Shown: positions 21,748 to 32,112 of the stretch, piece by piece
Layout: each line of letters opens with the position of its first letter
How positions within the stretch are numbered: the stretch's first letter is position 1
Assembly: GCA_963712275.1 (NCBI GenBank)
Contig: CAVQHD010000001.1
Coordinates: 1,152,001-1,216,000, forward strand
DNA length: 64,000 nucleotides
From: an uncultured Rhabdochlamydiaceae bacterium
Lineage (GTDB): Bacteria > Chlamydiota > Chlamydiia > Chlamydiales > Rhabdochlamydiaceae
Direction: 5' to 3'
Position numbers and translations under genes: made by a program
The notes under the pieces: generated by a model
The model's input: the letters and a program-made list of their open reading frames with translations, nothing else
What the model was told of the DNA's origin: nothing
Databases searched by the model: none

Positions 21748-24700
21748 ATGAGGAAGCTATTTATTGACGGATCCTTAGTTTTAGCCTCGATCTTTTTTTC
21801 CTTCTCTTTATATGCAAATCCTGAACTGGAATCCATTGGCCATGGCCGCGCAGAGTTTCAGCATCAGGGAAAAGAGATGGTAATCCATGCGTCTGATCAA
21901 GCGATTTTAAATTTTAAAGCATTTGAGATCCAGAGAGATGAAACCGTCCGATTTCAAATGAGGAAAGACTCGCACCGCGTGCTCAACCGAATCGACAGCA
22001 GGTGCCCAAGCCATATCGACGGAAAATTAACCTCCAATGGGATTGTCTACCTTTTAAATCCAGCAGGGGTGATGTTTGGCCCTCATTCGATCGTTAATGT
22101 CGCATCCCTCATCGTTGCAGCAGCCCATTTAAGCGATGCCGATTTTTTGAAAGGCCGTGACCATTTTCATTCAATTTGTGGAAATGTGGAAGTGCTAGGT
22201 CATTTGTCAGGACATGAAGTGGTTTTAATCGGTTCTAAAGTCATCCAAAATGGCAACGTCGATGCACAGGCGATCTTTTATGTTGATAGAGACCATCTCT
22301 ATTTAGGACGGGAAGGAGAACACCTCTTTGTCAAATGTGATAAAGATCATATCCCAGAAGAAGGCACGTTTTTAGCTTCAGGATCTCCCGAGTCGTTTTT
22401 GATCTATCATGGAGGCATCTCTAAGGCCGAACGTATTCATTTATATGGAGAAAAAGGCTCAGAAGTCCAGATAACAGGGACGCTAGATGCCACAAGCCAA
22501 GAGAGCATAGGGGGAGAAATCATTGTTCAAGGGGAGAAAATTGCCGTTCAAGGAGGGCATCTCGATGTCTCCGGCCCCTTAGGAGGAGGAACCATCCTTC
22601 TTGGAGGAGGCTTAGGCGGAAAAGATCTTTACCCGACCGCCAAAGAAACCGTCTGCGATAAGGAAAGCGTCATTGCTGCAGATGCCCTGATCCAAGGAGA
22701 TGGAGGAACAATTGTCCAGTGGGCAGATAAGAGGTCCATCACCAACGGCCTTTACACAGTCAAAGGGGGCCCTGAAGGAGGAAACGGAGGCTTGATTGAA
22801 ACATCGAGCGGCAGGGGAGGCGAGGCGATCACCATGCGGTATGATACGACTGCCCCCAAAGGAAAGGGCGGCACATGGAAAATCGACCCTTATTCGATCC
22901 AAATTGTCGATGTGGGTGGCACCGCAACCCTTGCTGAGATGAATGATGGATCGGCTAATAGCTATGTCATTAATACAGCTACGATCAATGCGGCTGCCCT
23001 TAACTCCACTGTGATCTTTGCAGCCAATAACTCCAGCGGGCATGCCCCTGGATCGTGCACCATTGCCCTTGGAGTCCCTGGAACCCCCGCTAACATCAAC
23101 ACAACCAACTCTGGCGTAACCTTAATATTTAACACGACGGAAAGTCCAACGGTTCGTGGGATGATGACGACAAATGGGACGATTAACACCAATACCATGG
23201 TTTTCAGCACCCCGATCACCTTAACGGGAAGTACAACACTGACAGCTTCGAATGCGATCATCTTTAACTTTGATGTGAACGGCGATGGAAATGGCCCCTG
23301 GGATTTAAGTACAACTGCAAATATCTCCGTGAATTGTGAAGGATCGATCGGGGCAGCCACGCCTATCGGGAACTTGACTGTTTCAACGCCTTTTAGCGCG
23401 GGCGTTTTTCTTGTCGGTGCCCTGGCGGGATCTCCACCGGGCACCATTCATGCCAGTGGAAATATCTCTATCGGGGCTGCTCTCCAAATGTTGGCTTCAA
23501 CCTCTTTCCTCTCGGATACGGGAGGGATTACATTTCATAATTTTATCACAGCCAATACCCCGACTTCTCAGCAGAATCTGACTTTAAGCGCTGCAGGAGA
23601 TATTGTCTTTGATAATTCCGTTGGGTTAAATCCTTTAGGCGATATTTTAATCCAAACAGCTAACAATGTTCATCTCGTCGTATCGCCTCAGCCCCTTTCT
23701 GCGGGCATTCCCCCTCCCATCATTCAATGCCGCTCTTTTACTCAATTGAATGGGACAGGAAATACCCTATTTGAAGGGTCGCTTTTCACAACTGGCGTTC
23801 CGGTTTTAACGAGAAATCCCCCTCAAAATGGAGGGGCGGTATTTATCAATACTGCAGGGGTCATCAATTTTTACTACCTGACCAATAATGGCGGCTTTCC
23901 ATTACCTGTTCTGACCTATACATTTCCTCCCACAAGACCCTATTATAAAGCTATCATTAACTCAACAGGCGCTAGGCAGACGGCGCCTGGAGCTGGGTTT
24001 AATGGAGGCAATGTCACCTTAATTGGGAGCTCTGTCAACCTGCTTGGGTTATATGCGGGGGGAACCTCTGCTTTTCCAGGCTCTTCCAATGTAGGAGGCA
24101 AGGGTGGAGATGTTCTCATTGAGACCACTGGAGGACTCAGTTTGCGCGGCCCCATCTTTGCGACAGGAGGAGCGGGAATCAATGGGGGAGGGCAGGTGCT
24201 CCCCACACTGCTCTTTTCAGGTCAAGATTTAGATGCCGCAGGGGCAGATTCTCCTGGAAACATTACCATCACAGGTCCTGTGACAGTCGGGTTTAATGGG
24301 GTTGTTGTGAGGGGGCAAAATATCCAAGCGGGGAACATCAACGGAGCGAATCTGGATTTGTTTGCTATTGATGGGTCGACAAACGGCATTGCCCAACTAG
24401 AGAGCCTTTCAAATTTAAGCTATTTTGTCGTTGATTATTCCAAAGGGGTCAATGTCTCAGGACTTGTCCAGGCAAATGGGATCGATCTTTTTAATAGCGG
24501 GGTGGATGGGATTGTGTTTCAGGGCCCTGTCATATCGAGCACAATCCAGTCAATTGCAAACCGCTTTTCCATCACATTTGCAGAGGGGTTTACAGCCTCC
24601 GATAGCACCAGTTTTCTCAATTGCGGATCTGGACCAACGCCGCCGCCTGCTCCTCCTGTTACCCCTCCTGTAATCTTGCCCCCATTTGCCGGTGTCTATG

Positions 24701-24882
24701 CCCCTTCCTTTACACAGGTAGGCGACATCTCTTTTGACACCTCTACGTCTTTATTTTCAGCCTTGCGTCTTTTTGCTGTAGAAGCGCCATTTGCCGATGT
24801 CTTTAATATCCCCAGTTTCTTCTTGAATTATTTAACGCCGCCGCAAGAAGTAGATTCCTTAGTCTCAAAGGAGATCTATTAA
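21748..24882 (+). CDS. TpsA exoprotein with filamentous-haemagglutinin N-terminal (TPS) domain
   Basis: Signal peptide then AILNFKAF...VLNRI...IDGKLTSNGIVYLLNPAGVMFG, GGNGGLIETS, WKIDP; G/T/N-rich beta-helix-like body. Confidence 0.92.
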   Translation: MRKLFIDGSLVLASIFFSFSLYANPELESIGHGRAEFQHQGKEMVIHASDQAILNFKAFEIQRDETVRFQMRKDSHRVLNRIDSRCPSHIDGKLTSNGIVYLLNPAGVMFGPHSIVNVASLIVAAAHLSDADFLKGRDHFHSICGNVEVLGHLSGHEVVLIGSKVIQNGNVDAQAIFYVDRDHLYLGREGEHLFVKCDKDHIPEEGTFLASGSPESFLIYHGGISKAERIHLYGEKGSEVQITGTLDATSQESIGGEIIVQGEKIAVQGGHLDVSGPLGGGTILLGGGLGGKDLYPTAKETVCDKESVIAADALIQGDGGTIVQWADKRSITNGLYTVKGGPEGGNGGLIETSSGRGGEAITMRYDTTAPKGKGGTWKIDPYSIQIVDVGGTATLAEMNDGSANSYVINTATINAAALNSTVIFAANNSSGHAPGSCTIALGVPGTPANINTTNSGVTLIFNTTESPTVRGMMTTNGTINTNTMVFSTPITLTGSTTLTASNAIIFNFDVNGDGNGPWDLSTTANISVNCEGSIGAATPIGNLTVSTPFSAGVFLVGALAGSPPGTIHASGNISIGAALQMLASTSFLSDTGGITFHNFITANTPTSQQNLTLSAAGDIVFDNSVGLNPLGDILIQTANNVHLVVSPQPLSAGIPPPIIQCRSFTQLNGTGNTLFEGSLFTTGVPVLTRNPPQNGGAVFINTAGVINFYYLTNNGGFPLPVLTYTFPPTRPYYKAIINSTGARQTAPGAGFNGGNVTLIGSSVNLLGLYAGGTSAFPGSSNVGGKGGDVLIETTGGLSLRGPIFATGGAGINGGGQVLPTLLFSGQDLDAAGADSPGNITITGPVTVGFNGVVVRGQNIQAGNINGANLDLFAIDGSTNGIAQLESLSNLSYFVVDYSKGVNVSGLVQANGIDLFNSGVDGIVFQGPVISSTIQSIANRFSITFAEGFTASDSTSFLNCGSGPTPPPAPPVTPPVILPPFAGVYAPSFTQVGDISFDTSTSLFSALRLFAVEAPFADVFNIPSFFLNYLTPPQEVDSLVSKEIY

Positions 24883-26111
24883 AAGAAGGAAGCTAATGAG
24901 CTTCCAATTGTTTCAATACGCAGCCTTTGCTGAAAACTCAGAGGGTTATGACGGAAATGGGATGCTTGTGCGCCAGGCAGGTGGAAAAACTGAGCTGGAA
25001 TAAACGGAAGGCAATTATAGCTGACATCAACGAAATCTAAGCGGCCAAGAGTCTCTAGCCCTGGAGGAAGCGCTGTCAGTGAGTTGTTACTCAGGTGCAA
25101 ATTCATCAAATTATGAAGATGAGTGATTTCTTGTGGAAGTGTCTTGAGGCAATTGTGAGAGAGGCGAAGCTCTCCTAAAAGGCCAAGAGTTCCAATAGAA
25201 GAGGGGATTTGTGAAATGGAATTATGGCTTAGGTCAAGGAATACCATTTGGCGCAGAGAACCTATGTCTGAAGGAAGAGTTGTAAGATGGTTATGATTGA
25301 GAGAAAGATTGCCTAAACGTCGAAGAGAGGTGATTTGTGGGGGGAGTGTTGTAAGAGTGTTATGATTGACAGAAAGGCTTCTTAAAGCCTGAAGGTTGCC
25401 GATCTCTGAAGGGAGCGTGGAAAGTTTATTCTGATCTAGATTAAGATTGTTCACCCTTCGAAAATTTCCAATTTCAGAAGGGAGTCTTGTGAGATTGAGT
25501 TGCTTCAAATCTAAAGTCTCCATCGATGAAATAATGGAAAGAGGGTTATTCAACTCATTCTGCAGTAAAGTCTGAAGGCGGGAAGCTTCTGCAAGGATGG
25601 TAGAGGGAGAAGAAGAAAGATCGACAGCCACCCCCGGCAGCCTTGAGCAGACTAGGCAAAAATTTCTTGCTTTGATGACTCGATCGACATAGGCATAGGT
25701 TGAAGGTTCGCTCTCGCATTTTAGGATCGAAGAATTGAGCCCCAAATCTTTAAGTTCTTGATTAAGAGACTGATATATTTTATTCTGAAGCTGGGCTGGA
25801 GGAAGGTTCCTAGGTTGGTTGGGGAAAAGATCGGCGAGGGAACAACGCATCGTACGATCATTGCTCAGTTGGCAGAAGTCCCAACAGACTTCAGATGTTT
25901 GGACAGGGGCGCCTGCAAGATTTAAAATGTATAGAACGTCTTCAGGGGGCAACCACTTAAAATAATTGGGTCCTGGAGGATTTGCCGCCGCTTGAGGGGG
26001 TAGGGTAAATTCTCTTTCTTTTGGGGAAACGTATTCACCTAGACAGAATTGTTCACGTATTGCGACTTTATCATTCCATGATAGACATGTAAAACTTATT
26101 AAATTTGTCAT
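24879..26111 (-). CDS. Leucine-rich-repeat protein with possible N-terminal F-box-like motif
   Basis: About eight 23-aa LRRs (LxLxxNxLxxLPxEIGxL); FKWLPPEDVLYILNLAG. Confidence 0.9.
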   Translation of the reverse strand: MTNLISFTCLSWNDKVAIREQFCLGEYVSPKEREFTLPPQAAANPPGPNYFKWLPPEDVLYILNLAGAPVQTSEVCWDFCQLSNDRTMRCSLADLFPNQPRNLPPAQLQNKIYQSLNQELKDLGLNSSILKCESEPSTYAYVDRVIKARNFCLVCSRLPGVAVDLSSSPSTILAEASRLQTLLQNELNNPLSIISSMETLDLKQLNLTRLPSEIGNFRRVNNLNLDQNKLSTLPSEIGNLQALRSLSVNHNTLTTLPPQITSLRRLGNLSLNHNHLTTLPSDIGSLRQMVFLDLSHNSISQIPSSIGTLGLLGELRLSHNCLKTLPQEITHLHNLMNLHLSNNSLTALPPGLETLGRLDFVDVSYNCLPFIPAQFFHLPGAQASHFRHNPLSFQQRLRIETIGSSLASFF

Positions 26112-26235
26112 ATAATTACCTATTTATTTTATTTGCTTTAATATAATTATAGTAAATTAATTACTTTAATTAAAGTTATTTTTTAAACTGTAAGTTATTG
26201 ATTTTCAGTGACTAAAAATCTTGAATTGTAAGCCT

Positions 26236-27060
26236 TTAAGCTCCAAGACAATAGAGTGAAACTTGAGAGCCTAGACGGACTGAGGTCAAAATGAACACGA
26301 GGAAAGGGAGCTGAACTGCTTCCCCATAGCAGAGGGTTGCTAAAGCGAGAATGGATAATGTAATAGAAGAGAGGGTCGAGCAAACCTCAAGAATTGATAC
26401 TTGAAGTGGGTCTTCACCTTTCATAATTTTATGAGATCGATCATATAAGGCCAGCACATCATTTGTCAGGTCATTAACTGCGGTAACGGGCTTGAGATAA
26501 GCCTTCATGAGTTTATGCTGAAAGAAATAGAGATAAAGGGTCAATGAGGCGATCACGGTTTTTGATCCGATTTTCACTGCCTTTTGCGCAGAAGGCGGTT
26601 TCTGAAAACTTTCTGCACAGGTGATGACGCAACTGAAAAACTTATTGAAAAGATTAAAAGCTTTAAGCCGTTGAGAGATGACATTTGGCAGGGCAAAATC
26701 ATTCTCATCGGTTGGGAGGTATTTCATGATGACTTTGTTTAAACGTGTCGTAGTCGATAAAATCAAAAGCATCATTTTTAAAGGCTTTCCATTGACCTTT
26801 TTGTTTGAGCCTTCAATCATTTGCTCTAGGTTTAAAAGATCAACGGCAAGCTCTGTGACTGGGAAGAAGTTTGAAGTAGCGGAGGAGATCTCTTTCTCGG
26901 CTCGCTTGCTTAGATCGGCTGTTGCCTCAATCTGTCCGCCAAATTTCAGCCCATCCTGAAGAAATCCTACAGGTTTTTTTAAAGAGTTGTTGACTTGCTC
27001 TAAACAAGAAGTAAGACCCTTTATCATGGAAGGGAACACTATGTGACCGCCTGGTATCAT
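26236..27060 (-). CDS. Hypothetical membrane-associated protein
   Basis: 274-aa ORF with hydrophobic C-terminus. Confidence 0.65.
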   Translation of the reverse strand: MIPGGHIVFPSMIKGLTSCLEQVNNSLKKPVGFLQDGLKFGGQIEATADLSKRAEKEISSATSNFFPVTELAVDLLNLEQMIEGSNKKVNGKPLKMMLLILSTTTRLNKVIMKYLPTDENDFALPNVISQRLKAFNLFNKFFSCVITCAESFQKPPSAQKAVKIGSKTVIASLTLYLYFFQHKLMKAYLKPVTAVNDLTNDVLALYDRSHKIMKGEDPLQVSILEVCSTLSSITLSILALATLCYGEAVQLPFLVFILTSVRLGSQVSLYCLGA

Positions 27061-27263
27061 AAATAACCTATTATTAATAATATTATTATATATGATTTAA
27101 AGATTTAATAAAATTAATATTTAAATATATTAAAAATAATGAAAGTGGTTGATTTTCAGCTAGATATAATATTAGGAGAAAGAAAGCGCGCAATAAACAG
27201 GATATAGGAAACGGCTTACGGCTCGCTCCTACCTACTCAATCCTCTATAGAAGAGAATCAAGC

Positions 27264-28043
27264 TCAAAAGGAGCCAAATAGCCGTTTTCTGAAAAAAATG
27301 ATCGCAAAGATGGCAATGAGACCATAAACCCAAGGCTTGATCCTCGATGAACGAGCCACGTGCTTTTGCTCTTCGACTTTGTCTCGTTCTTGGACGAAAG
27401 CAGGTAAGTCCTCTTGACTGATGTAGGCTTGAACCTTGATCGTTGTTTTGGAATCTCTGTGATCAGTAGAGGAAGAAGCCAGGGAAAGAGAAGATTGGGA
27501 AGTCGCTGCTGAAAGATCTACACCTAAACATAAACCCTTACACTCTTCTTTATAGTCTGTGAGGTATTGACCAAATATTGCTTGCATTGCCGGGCGTACT
27601 GATTCACGTAAAAGATGCGCTTTTTCTCGAAAAAACTTTCGATCAATTTCTGGCGAAAATTCAGGAACTACCGGCGCGTTTTCTTCAGTTTTTTTCTTTG
27701 GTGTAAATTGCTCACACCACTCGGCAAATAAGCAGCCTTTATCTTCCAAAAGAGCTTTTATTTGTAAAGCTGTAGTAGGATCGGTAATATCAAGAGAAAA
27801 ATAGAACCATTTTTTGTTTTGTGAAGTAGGGAAAACTCCGAAAGGGTTTGTTAATTGAGTTTGCAAGTCTGTTAAAACTTTTTTAGCAAATTGAGAGGCC
27901 AAGGCTTTTGCTACAGTATCACGTTGGCTATTAAAAGCGTGGTCCCACTTTTCAAATTGAGCCTGCCTGGTTCCTTGAACTTCTGTCACATTTATCACAG
28001 GCACGACGTCTCTGGATAATGATGGGTATAGTCCTGTTGCCAT
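27264..28043 (-). CDS. Hypothetical protein with C-terminal tail anchor
   Basis: Ends KPWVYGLIAIFAIIFFRKRLFGSF. Confidence 0.7.
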   Translation of the reverse strand: MATGLYPSLSRDVVPVINVTEVQGTRQAQFEKWDHAFNSQRDTVAKALASQFAKKVLTDLQTQLTNPFGVFPTSQNKKWFYFSLDITDPTTALQIKALLEDKGCLFAEWCEQFTPKKKTEENAPVVPEFSPEIDRKFFREKAHLLRESVRPAMQAIFGQYLTDYKEECKGLCLGVDLSAATSQSSLSLASSSTDHRDSKTTIKVQAYISQEDLPAFVQERDKVEEQKHVARSSRIKPWVYGLIAIFAIIFFRKRLFGSF

Positions 28044-28110
28044 AAGTTTTCCCTCTGGTTTTAACTAGAGAAGGATTATGGAGGAGGGCAATTCTTTTAG
28101 TCAATCTATT

Positions 28111-28560
28111 TTAGAGCTGAGGAGATGAAGCCGGCTGGCTTCGGGGAGGCTGGGTCTGTTTGGCCCGGACGCTCACGCCTGTGAGGGTATTGGTCAATAA
28201 AGTTGGGTAAGCAAGGTCCTGGCTGGGGCTCATTGTGATTGAGACAGGTGTAAGCCAAAAGGTTGTCTTAGATCGATCGGTGGGGGCAATTTCGTAGATG
28301 GATCCGTCGCTTAAGACGAGCTGCGCGCCGTTCTGCAGGTTTTGCTCGAGGGTGATCCGCGGAGCTGGAGGATGGACTGTTTTGAGGACAAACTTTTCAT
28401 TCATCCACCGTTCCAATTCTTGCCGCTGCACAGCGGAAAGCTGAGAAATGCCGGTCTTTTTTTGCTCATCTTGAGACATCAGGTCGCTCAAGCGAATAAG
28501 ACCCAGCAGGTTGACCGAGCTTAGCAGAGCTGCGAGAAAAATGATACGAATCGCTTTCAT
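28111..28560 (-). CDS. Hypothetical exported protein
   Basis: Signal peptide MKAIRIIFLAALLSS; 149 aa. Confidence 0.7.
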   Translation of the reverse strand: MKAIRIIFLAALLSSVNLLGLIRLSDLMSQDEQKKTGISQLSAVQRQELERWMNEKFVLKTVHPPAPRITLEQNLQNGAQLVLSDGSIYEIAPTDRSKTTFWLTPVSITMSPSQDLAYPTLLTNTLTGVSVRAKQTQPPRSQPASSPQL

Positions 28561-28592
28561 AATTTTTTATTTAAATGAAATCCCTATTTTCT

Positions 28593-30101
28593 TCAATCAC
28601 TGACATGATGGCGGAGAAAATAGCGGAGGCCGCGCAGAGCTGGGCTGCGGTGGTCGCGAGTTTGCAGAATTGATTCTGTCCGTTGAAGATGGGCCCATGC
28701 TTTATTATAGTCAAACCGCTCAGTTGCAATGACAGAGAGGTAGTATTCCACAACAGAGTTTTCGGGGTCAATTTGATGGTATTTTTGGAGGATTGCCTCC
28801 GCTTCGGCGTTTCGCCCGAGTTGAAGCCATGTGACGGCAAGTTGGAGCAATCCTGCTCGAAACTGCGGGTATCTTTTAATGATTTTTTCAAGGACAGCTT
28901 GTTTCTCTAAAATGGACTCGCGCGTTTCATCGACATGCATAAAGACGGCTTTAATTCCTTCGACATTGACTTTTCTGTTTAAATAATCATCAGGAATCGT
29001 TTCAGGAGAGACGGCCCAATCAAAGGTGTGTCCTCGGAGGCTTTCAAGAAGCGCTTTTCCCTCTTTTATTCTCCCAACAAAAAGGAAGTTCAGCCCCATG
29101 AATAAATCGAGAAGAGGATCTGACTTAAGGTAAGCTTGGGCTTTTTGGTAGAGCTCCAACGTTTTAGTATAATTGTTTTGGCCCCAAGCAACGGAAGCTT
29201 CATTCACATAAGCGAGGCCGATGACTTCCTTCAAATTGCGCTCTTGGAGGCGGCGTGTATCGATTCCTAAATAGACATCAGAGGGAAGGTTGATTCCTCG
29301 CGCTGTTGTTTCAATGTTGGTCACTTTAGCCCCCTTGCGAAAACGGACGTAAATATGTCCAGGGGGTGTGATAATTTCAAGCGGGAGTCCCAGCCGCTGA
29401 GCAAGGCAGAGATAAAGAATAGAAACCCCTAGGCAGACTCCTTCGCGGCTATCCATGACAGAAGGAAGAAAGGTGTAAAGGTCGATATCTTTTGCATAAA
29501 TTGAATGGGGAGGGAAGCGGAATTTCATCTCTTGAAAAATAAAGTTGTTGATCTCTCGGACTTGATCTTCGGGCGTTGCCGTTTGAGGAAGACGGGCTCG
29601 GATCTGAAGGGCCATCAAGTCAAGAGCTGCCTCATATTGCCGAATCTCCTCCACATTTTCATTAAACTGTTCAATGAGAAGTCCTCGGCTTAAGTCGACT
29701 TCATGAGGCTCGAGTATCAAGAGCTGATCTCGCGTCCAGATCTGATGCCCTTTTAAAAACCGGTTAGGAAACTGTTCAGCGAGCTTTTCAACGGCATCGA
29801 GCTCTGTTGCTTGGAGTTTAACAGGTTTTTCAGATTGCTCTCGTGTGATGAGGGCAATTAAAGGGCGGATATCGACGGATGGAAGGGGGAGGATCGGCTT
29901 TTTAGGGTCGATTTGACCTCCTGAGAGCAGGTGCCACGCATGCGACAAAGCCTCTTTCCCTTCAGCGGTCTCAGGGTAAAGTTCATAAAATGCCAGATGT
30001 TCTGCCACGGATAAAGGGTCTAAACTTGAAAGACGGGTTTTCAGGACGGGGTCCTTTCCCAACAGGAGAGCCGGAAGAATAAAAAAAATTAAGCGGTGCA
30101 T
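28593..30101 (-). CDS. Transglutaminase-like (SirB1-type) TPR protein
   Basis: GVCLGVSILYLCLAQRLGLPL...PGHIYVR...NIETT followed by TPR-like helices. Confidence 0.82.
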   Translation of the reverse strand: MHRLIFFILPALLLGKDPVLKTRLSSLDPLSVAEHLAFYELYPETAEGKEALSHAWHLLSGGQIDPKKPILPLPSVDIRPLIALITREQSEKPVKLQATELDAVEKLAEQFPNRFLKGHQIWTRDQLLILEPHEVDLSRGLLIEQFNENVEEIRQYEAALDLMALQIRARLPQTATPEDQVREINNFIFQEMKFRFPPHSIYAKDIDLYTFLPSVMDSREGVCLGVSILYLCLAQRLGLPLEIITPPGHIYVRFRKGAKVTNIETTARGINLPSDVYLGIDTRRLQERNLKEVIGLAYVNEASVAWGQNNYTKTLELYQKAQAYLKSDPLLDLFMGLNFLFVGRIKEGKALLESLRGHTFDWAVSPETIPDDYLNRKVNVEGIKAVFMHVDETRESILEKQAVLEKIIKRYPQFRAGLLQLAVTWLQLGRNAEAEAILQKYHQIDPENSVVEYYLSVIATERFDYNKAWAHLQRTESILQTRDHRSPALRGLRYFLRHHVSD

Positions 30102-30113
30102 TCTCCCATGATA

Positions 30114-30563
30114 TCATTTTATATCAAAAATGGAAGGGCCTGTCTTTCGTAGAACATGACCCCGCGGGAGGGTTTGTCCTGTCTCCATGGCTGTTTTCCA
30201 AGAAAAGGCATAGTCTAGAAAGGCTTCGAGAGCATCGGCAAGAAGGTCTCCTCTTAAGCCAACGAAAGTCACATAGGTAAAAAGAGCGAGCTGATGATTG
30301 CGGGGGCTATAACAAAATGTTCCAATCCGTGGGAAAAGATGATTTTCTTTTAACGTCTCTTTTATTAAATTTTCCCGAAATTTCCCTGGAGGAAGCTCTC
30401 CGATGAATGTTGCCATGAGAAGCCGTTGTTTATGTTCTTCCTCTTGGAGTTGAATATGAAGAGCATTGTTGACATAAAGAGAGCAGCATCGATTGTGATC
30501 GAGATGGAGGGGAACATCGATTAGGGCACCTAAATCAGCAAGAACAAGGGCAAATTGATCCAT
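30114..30563 (-). CDS. scc1: T3SS class IA chaperone (Scc1/SycE-like)
   Basis: 149 aa CesT-like sequence, translationally coupled to copN. Confidence 0.8.
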   Translation of the reverse strand: MDQFALVLADLGALIDVPLHLDHNRCCSLYVNNALHIQLQEEEHKQRLLMATFIGELPPGKFRENLIKETLKENHLFPRIGTFCYSPRNHQLALFTYVTFVGLRGDLLADALEAFLDYAFSWKTAMETGQTLPRGHVLRKTGPSIFDIK

Positions 30564-31771
30564 TATCTTTTTTTTCCTTTTTTCTTCTGTTTCTCTTCCT
30601 CTTCTTTGAGCTTCTCCTCTAGTTCCTCTAGAGTCTCCATAAAGCAGAGCAGCAGCTCTTGCCGATGCCTCTCATCGCGGAAAAGTCTTGGAGCGACTTG
30701 TCTCATAGCATCCCGATACTGAAGATAAATGATCAGCTGGGCAAGCTTTTCATTGGCGATTCCGAGCTGGTGGGACAGAAGGAGCGCTTTCTCGACGCTG
30801 GGGTACCTTTCCATGAGGAATTTCACAAAGAGGCGGGCTAAAAGATCAAAGGTAATACGAGAAGGAACGACAAGTCCTTGCCGATTGAAAGAGCTTGAAA
30901 TCAGGTTCATCCGCGAGAGAAAATACCGGTAGACTCCTAAGATCGCTTGCATGTTGCGGGTTTCTGTCATCATCCTTTGGAGTTCTTCTCGTGAAATGGA
31001 AGGACCCTTTGATTTGATGTCAGCGCCGAGTGAATGGAGGATAAAGTCAACTACGACCCGCATTTTATCCATGGCATAATTGGTCGAAAGTTCTTGGAAA
31101 AGGGTGATGGCATCTCGAGGATTGGCAGTTAAGCTGCGATAGAGATCCCTTAAAGCTGTGGGGGATCCGAGCCCTTGGGCAGAGAAATTGCGGGCTTGGA
31201 TCCCCATATTCCGTCCCGCCTTCACCTCTCTTTCTGAGGTTCGGTATAACTCAGACTTTGCTTCCTCTAAGGTGAAGCGCATATCGGCGTCTGCTGTTTC
31301 AATCAAAAAATCGAGAGCCTCATCGACAAGAGCCACATCAGAGTAGACTTGACGCAGTTTTCTTAAAATTTCTTCAGCCGAGTCTTTTTTTGAAATACGT
31401 GCCCGAATAGAGAGAAGCGTACGTGCTTGGAGTTCAGGGTTTTTTCGCTGGTAATTTTCAGAAATTTCTTGGAGCTTGTCGACGATCTGAATCTCTTCTT
31501 CCTCTTTTTCGGCTTTTGCGCTCTCATCTGGCCTTGTCTTTTCTCGGCCTCGCTTTTCAAGTGTTTGAAAGTTTCTGGCCAGGGCCAAAGGGTTCCAAGC
31601 ATTTAAATCACCCCATTCTTGAAACTCCTCCCGGGCCGATTCTTGGACAACAGAATATTGAAGTAATCGCTGGGCAGCAGCGTGTTTAAGTGCTGCTTGT
31701 TTTGCAGCCGCTTGCTGCTGAACCCTTTCGACACTAGGGACAGAATCATCTCCAGGCATATCCCTCCTCAT
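30563..31771 (-). CDS. copN: T3SS gatekeeper CopN/SctW
   Basis: DVALVDEALDFL, SPTALRDLY, LGADIKSKGPSI, RDAMRQVAPRLF. Confidence 0.9.
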   Translation of the reverse strand: MRRDMPGDDSVPSVERVQQQAAAKQAALKHAAAQRLLQYSVVQESAREEFQEWGDLNAWNPLALARNFQTLEKRGREKTRPDESAKAEKEEEEIQIVDKLQEISENYQRKNPELQARTLLSIRARISKKDSAEEILRKLRQVYSDVALVDEALDFLIETADADMRFTLEEAKSELYRTSEREVKAGRNMGIQARNFSAQGLGSPTALRDLYRSLTANPRDAITLFQELSTNYAMDKMRVVVDFILHSLGADIKSKGPSISREELQRMMTETRNMQAILGVYRYFLSRMNLISSSFNRQGLVVPSRITFDLLARLFVKFLMERYPSVEKALLLSHQLGIANEKLAQLIIYLQYRDAMRQVAPRLFRDERHRQELLLCFMETLEELEEKLKEEEEKQKKKGKKR

Positions 31772-31845
31772 ACCAGAGGACTCAAAATGATTAAAATAAT
31801 TTATTTACAAAGTGGGTAAAAAGAGATTGTGAGTATAATGTAGCC

Positions 31846-32028
31846 ATGGAAGAAGCGAATCAAATAAAACAAAACAAATCTCTAGCACAGCTAGTCCCTA
31901 ACGAAAAAGATGCTGAAAGTTTGTTTGGGAAGATGAAAGGTTCAGTTCGTATTGGTGGAGACATTTTGTCCCCGATAGACGAGGTTTGGAATGCTTGTGC
32001 GGGGATCTTATTGCATAAATCAGTGTAA
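31846..32028 (+). pseudogene. Remnant of a Phd/YefM-type antitoxin
   Basis: AQLVP...LFGKMKGSVRIGGDILSPIDEVW resembles antitoxin C-termini; no Phd N-terminus and no toxin gene follow. Confidence 0.5.
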
Positions 32029-32112
32029 AATACCAAGAGCACCGAGAAAAAAATTAAACTCGGTGCGCTCGGTATTTTACACTGGTTTATGCAATAAGGC
32101 GCTCCTGTCAAA

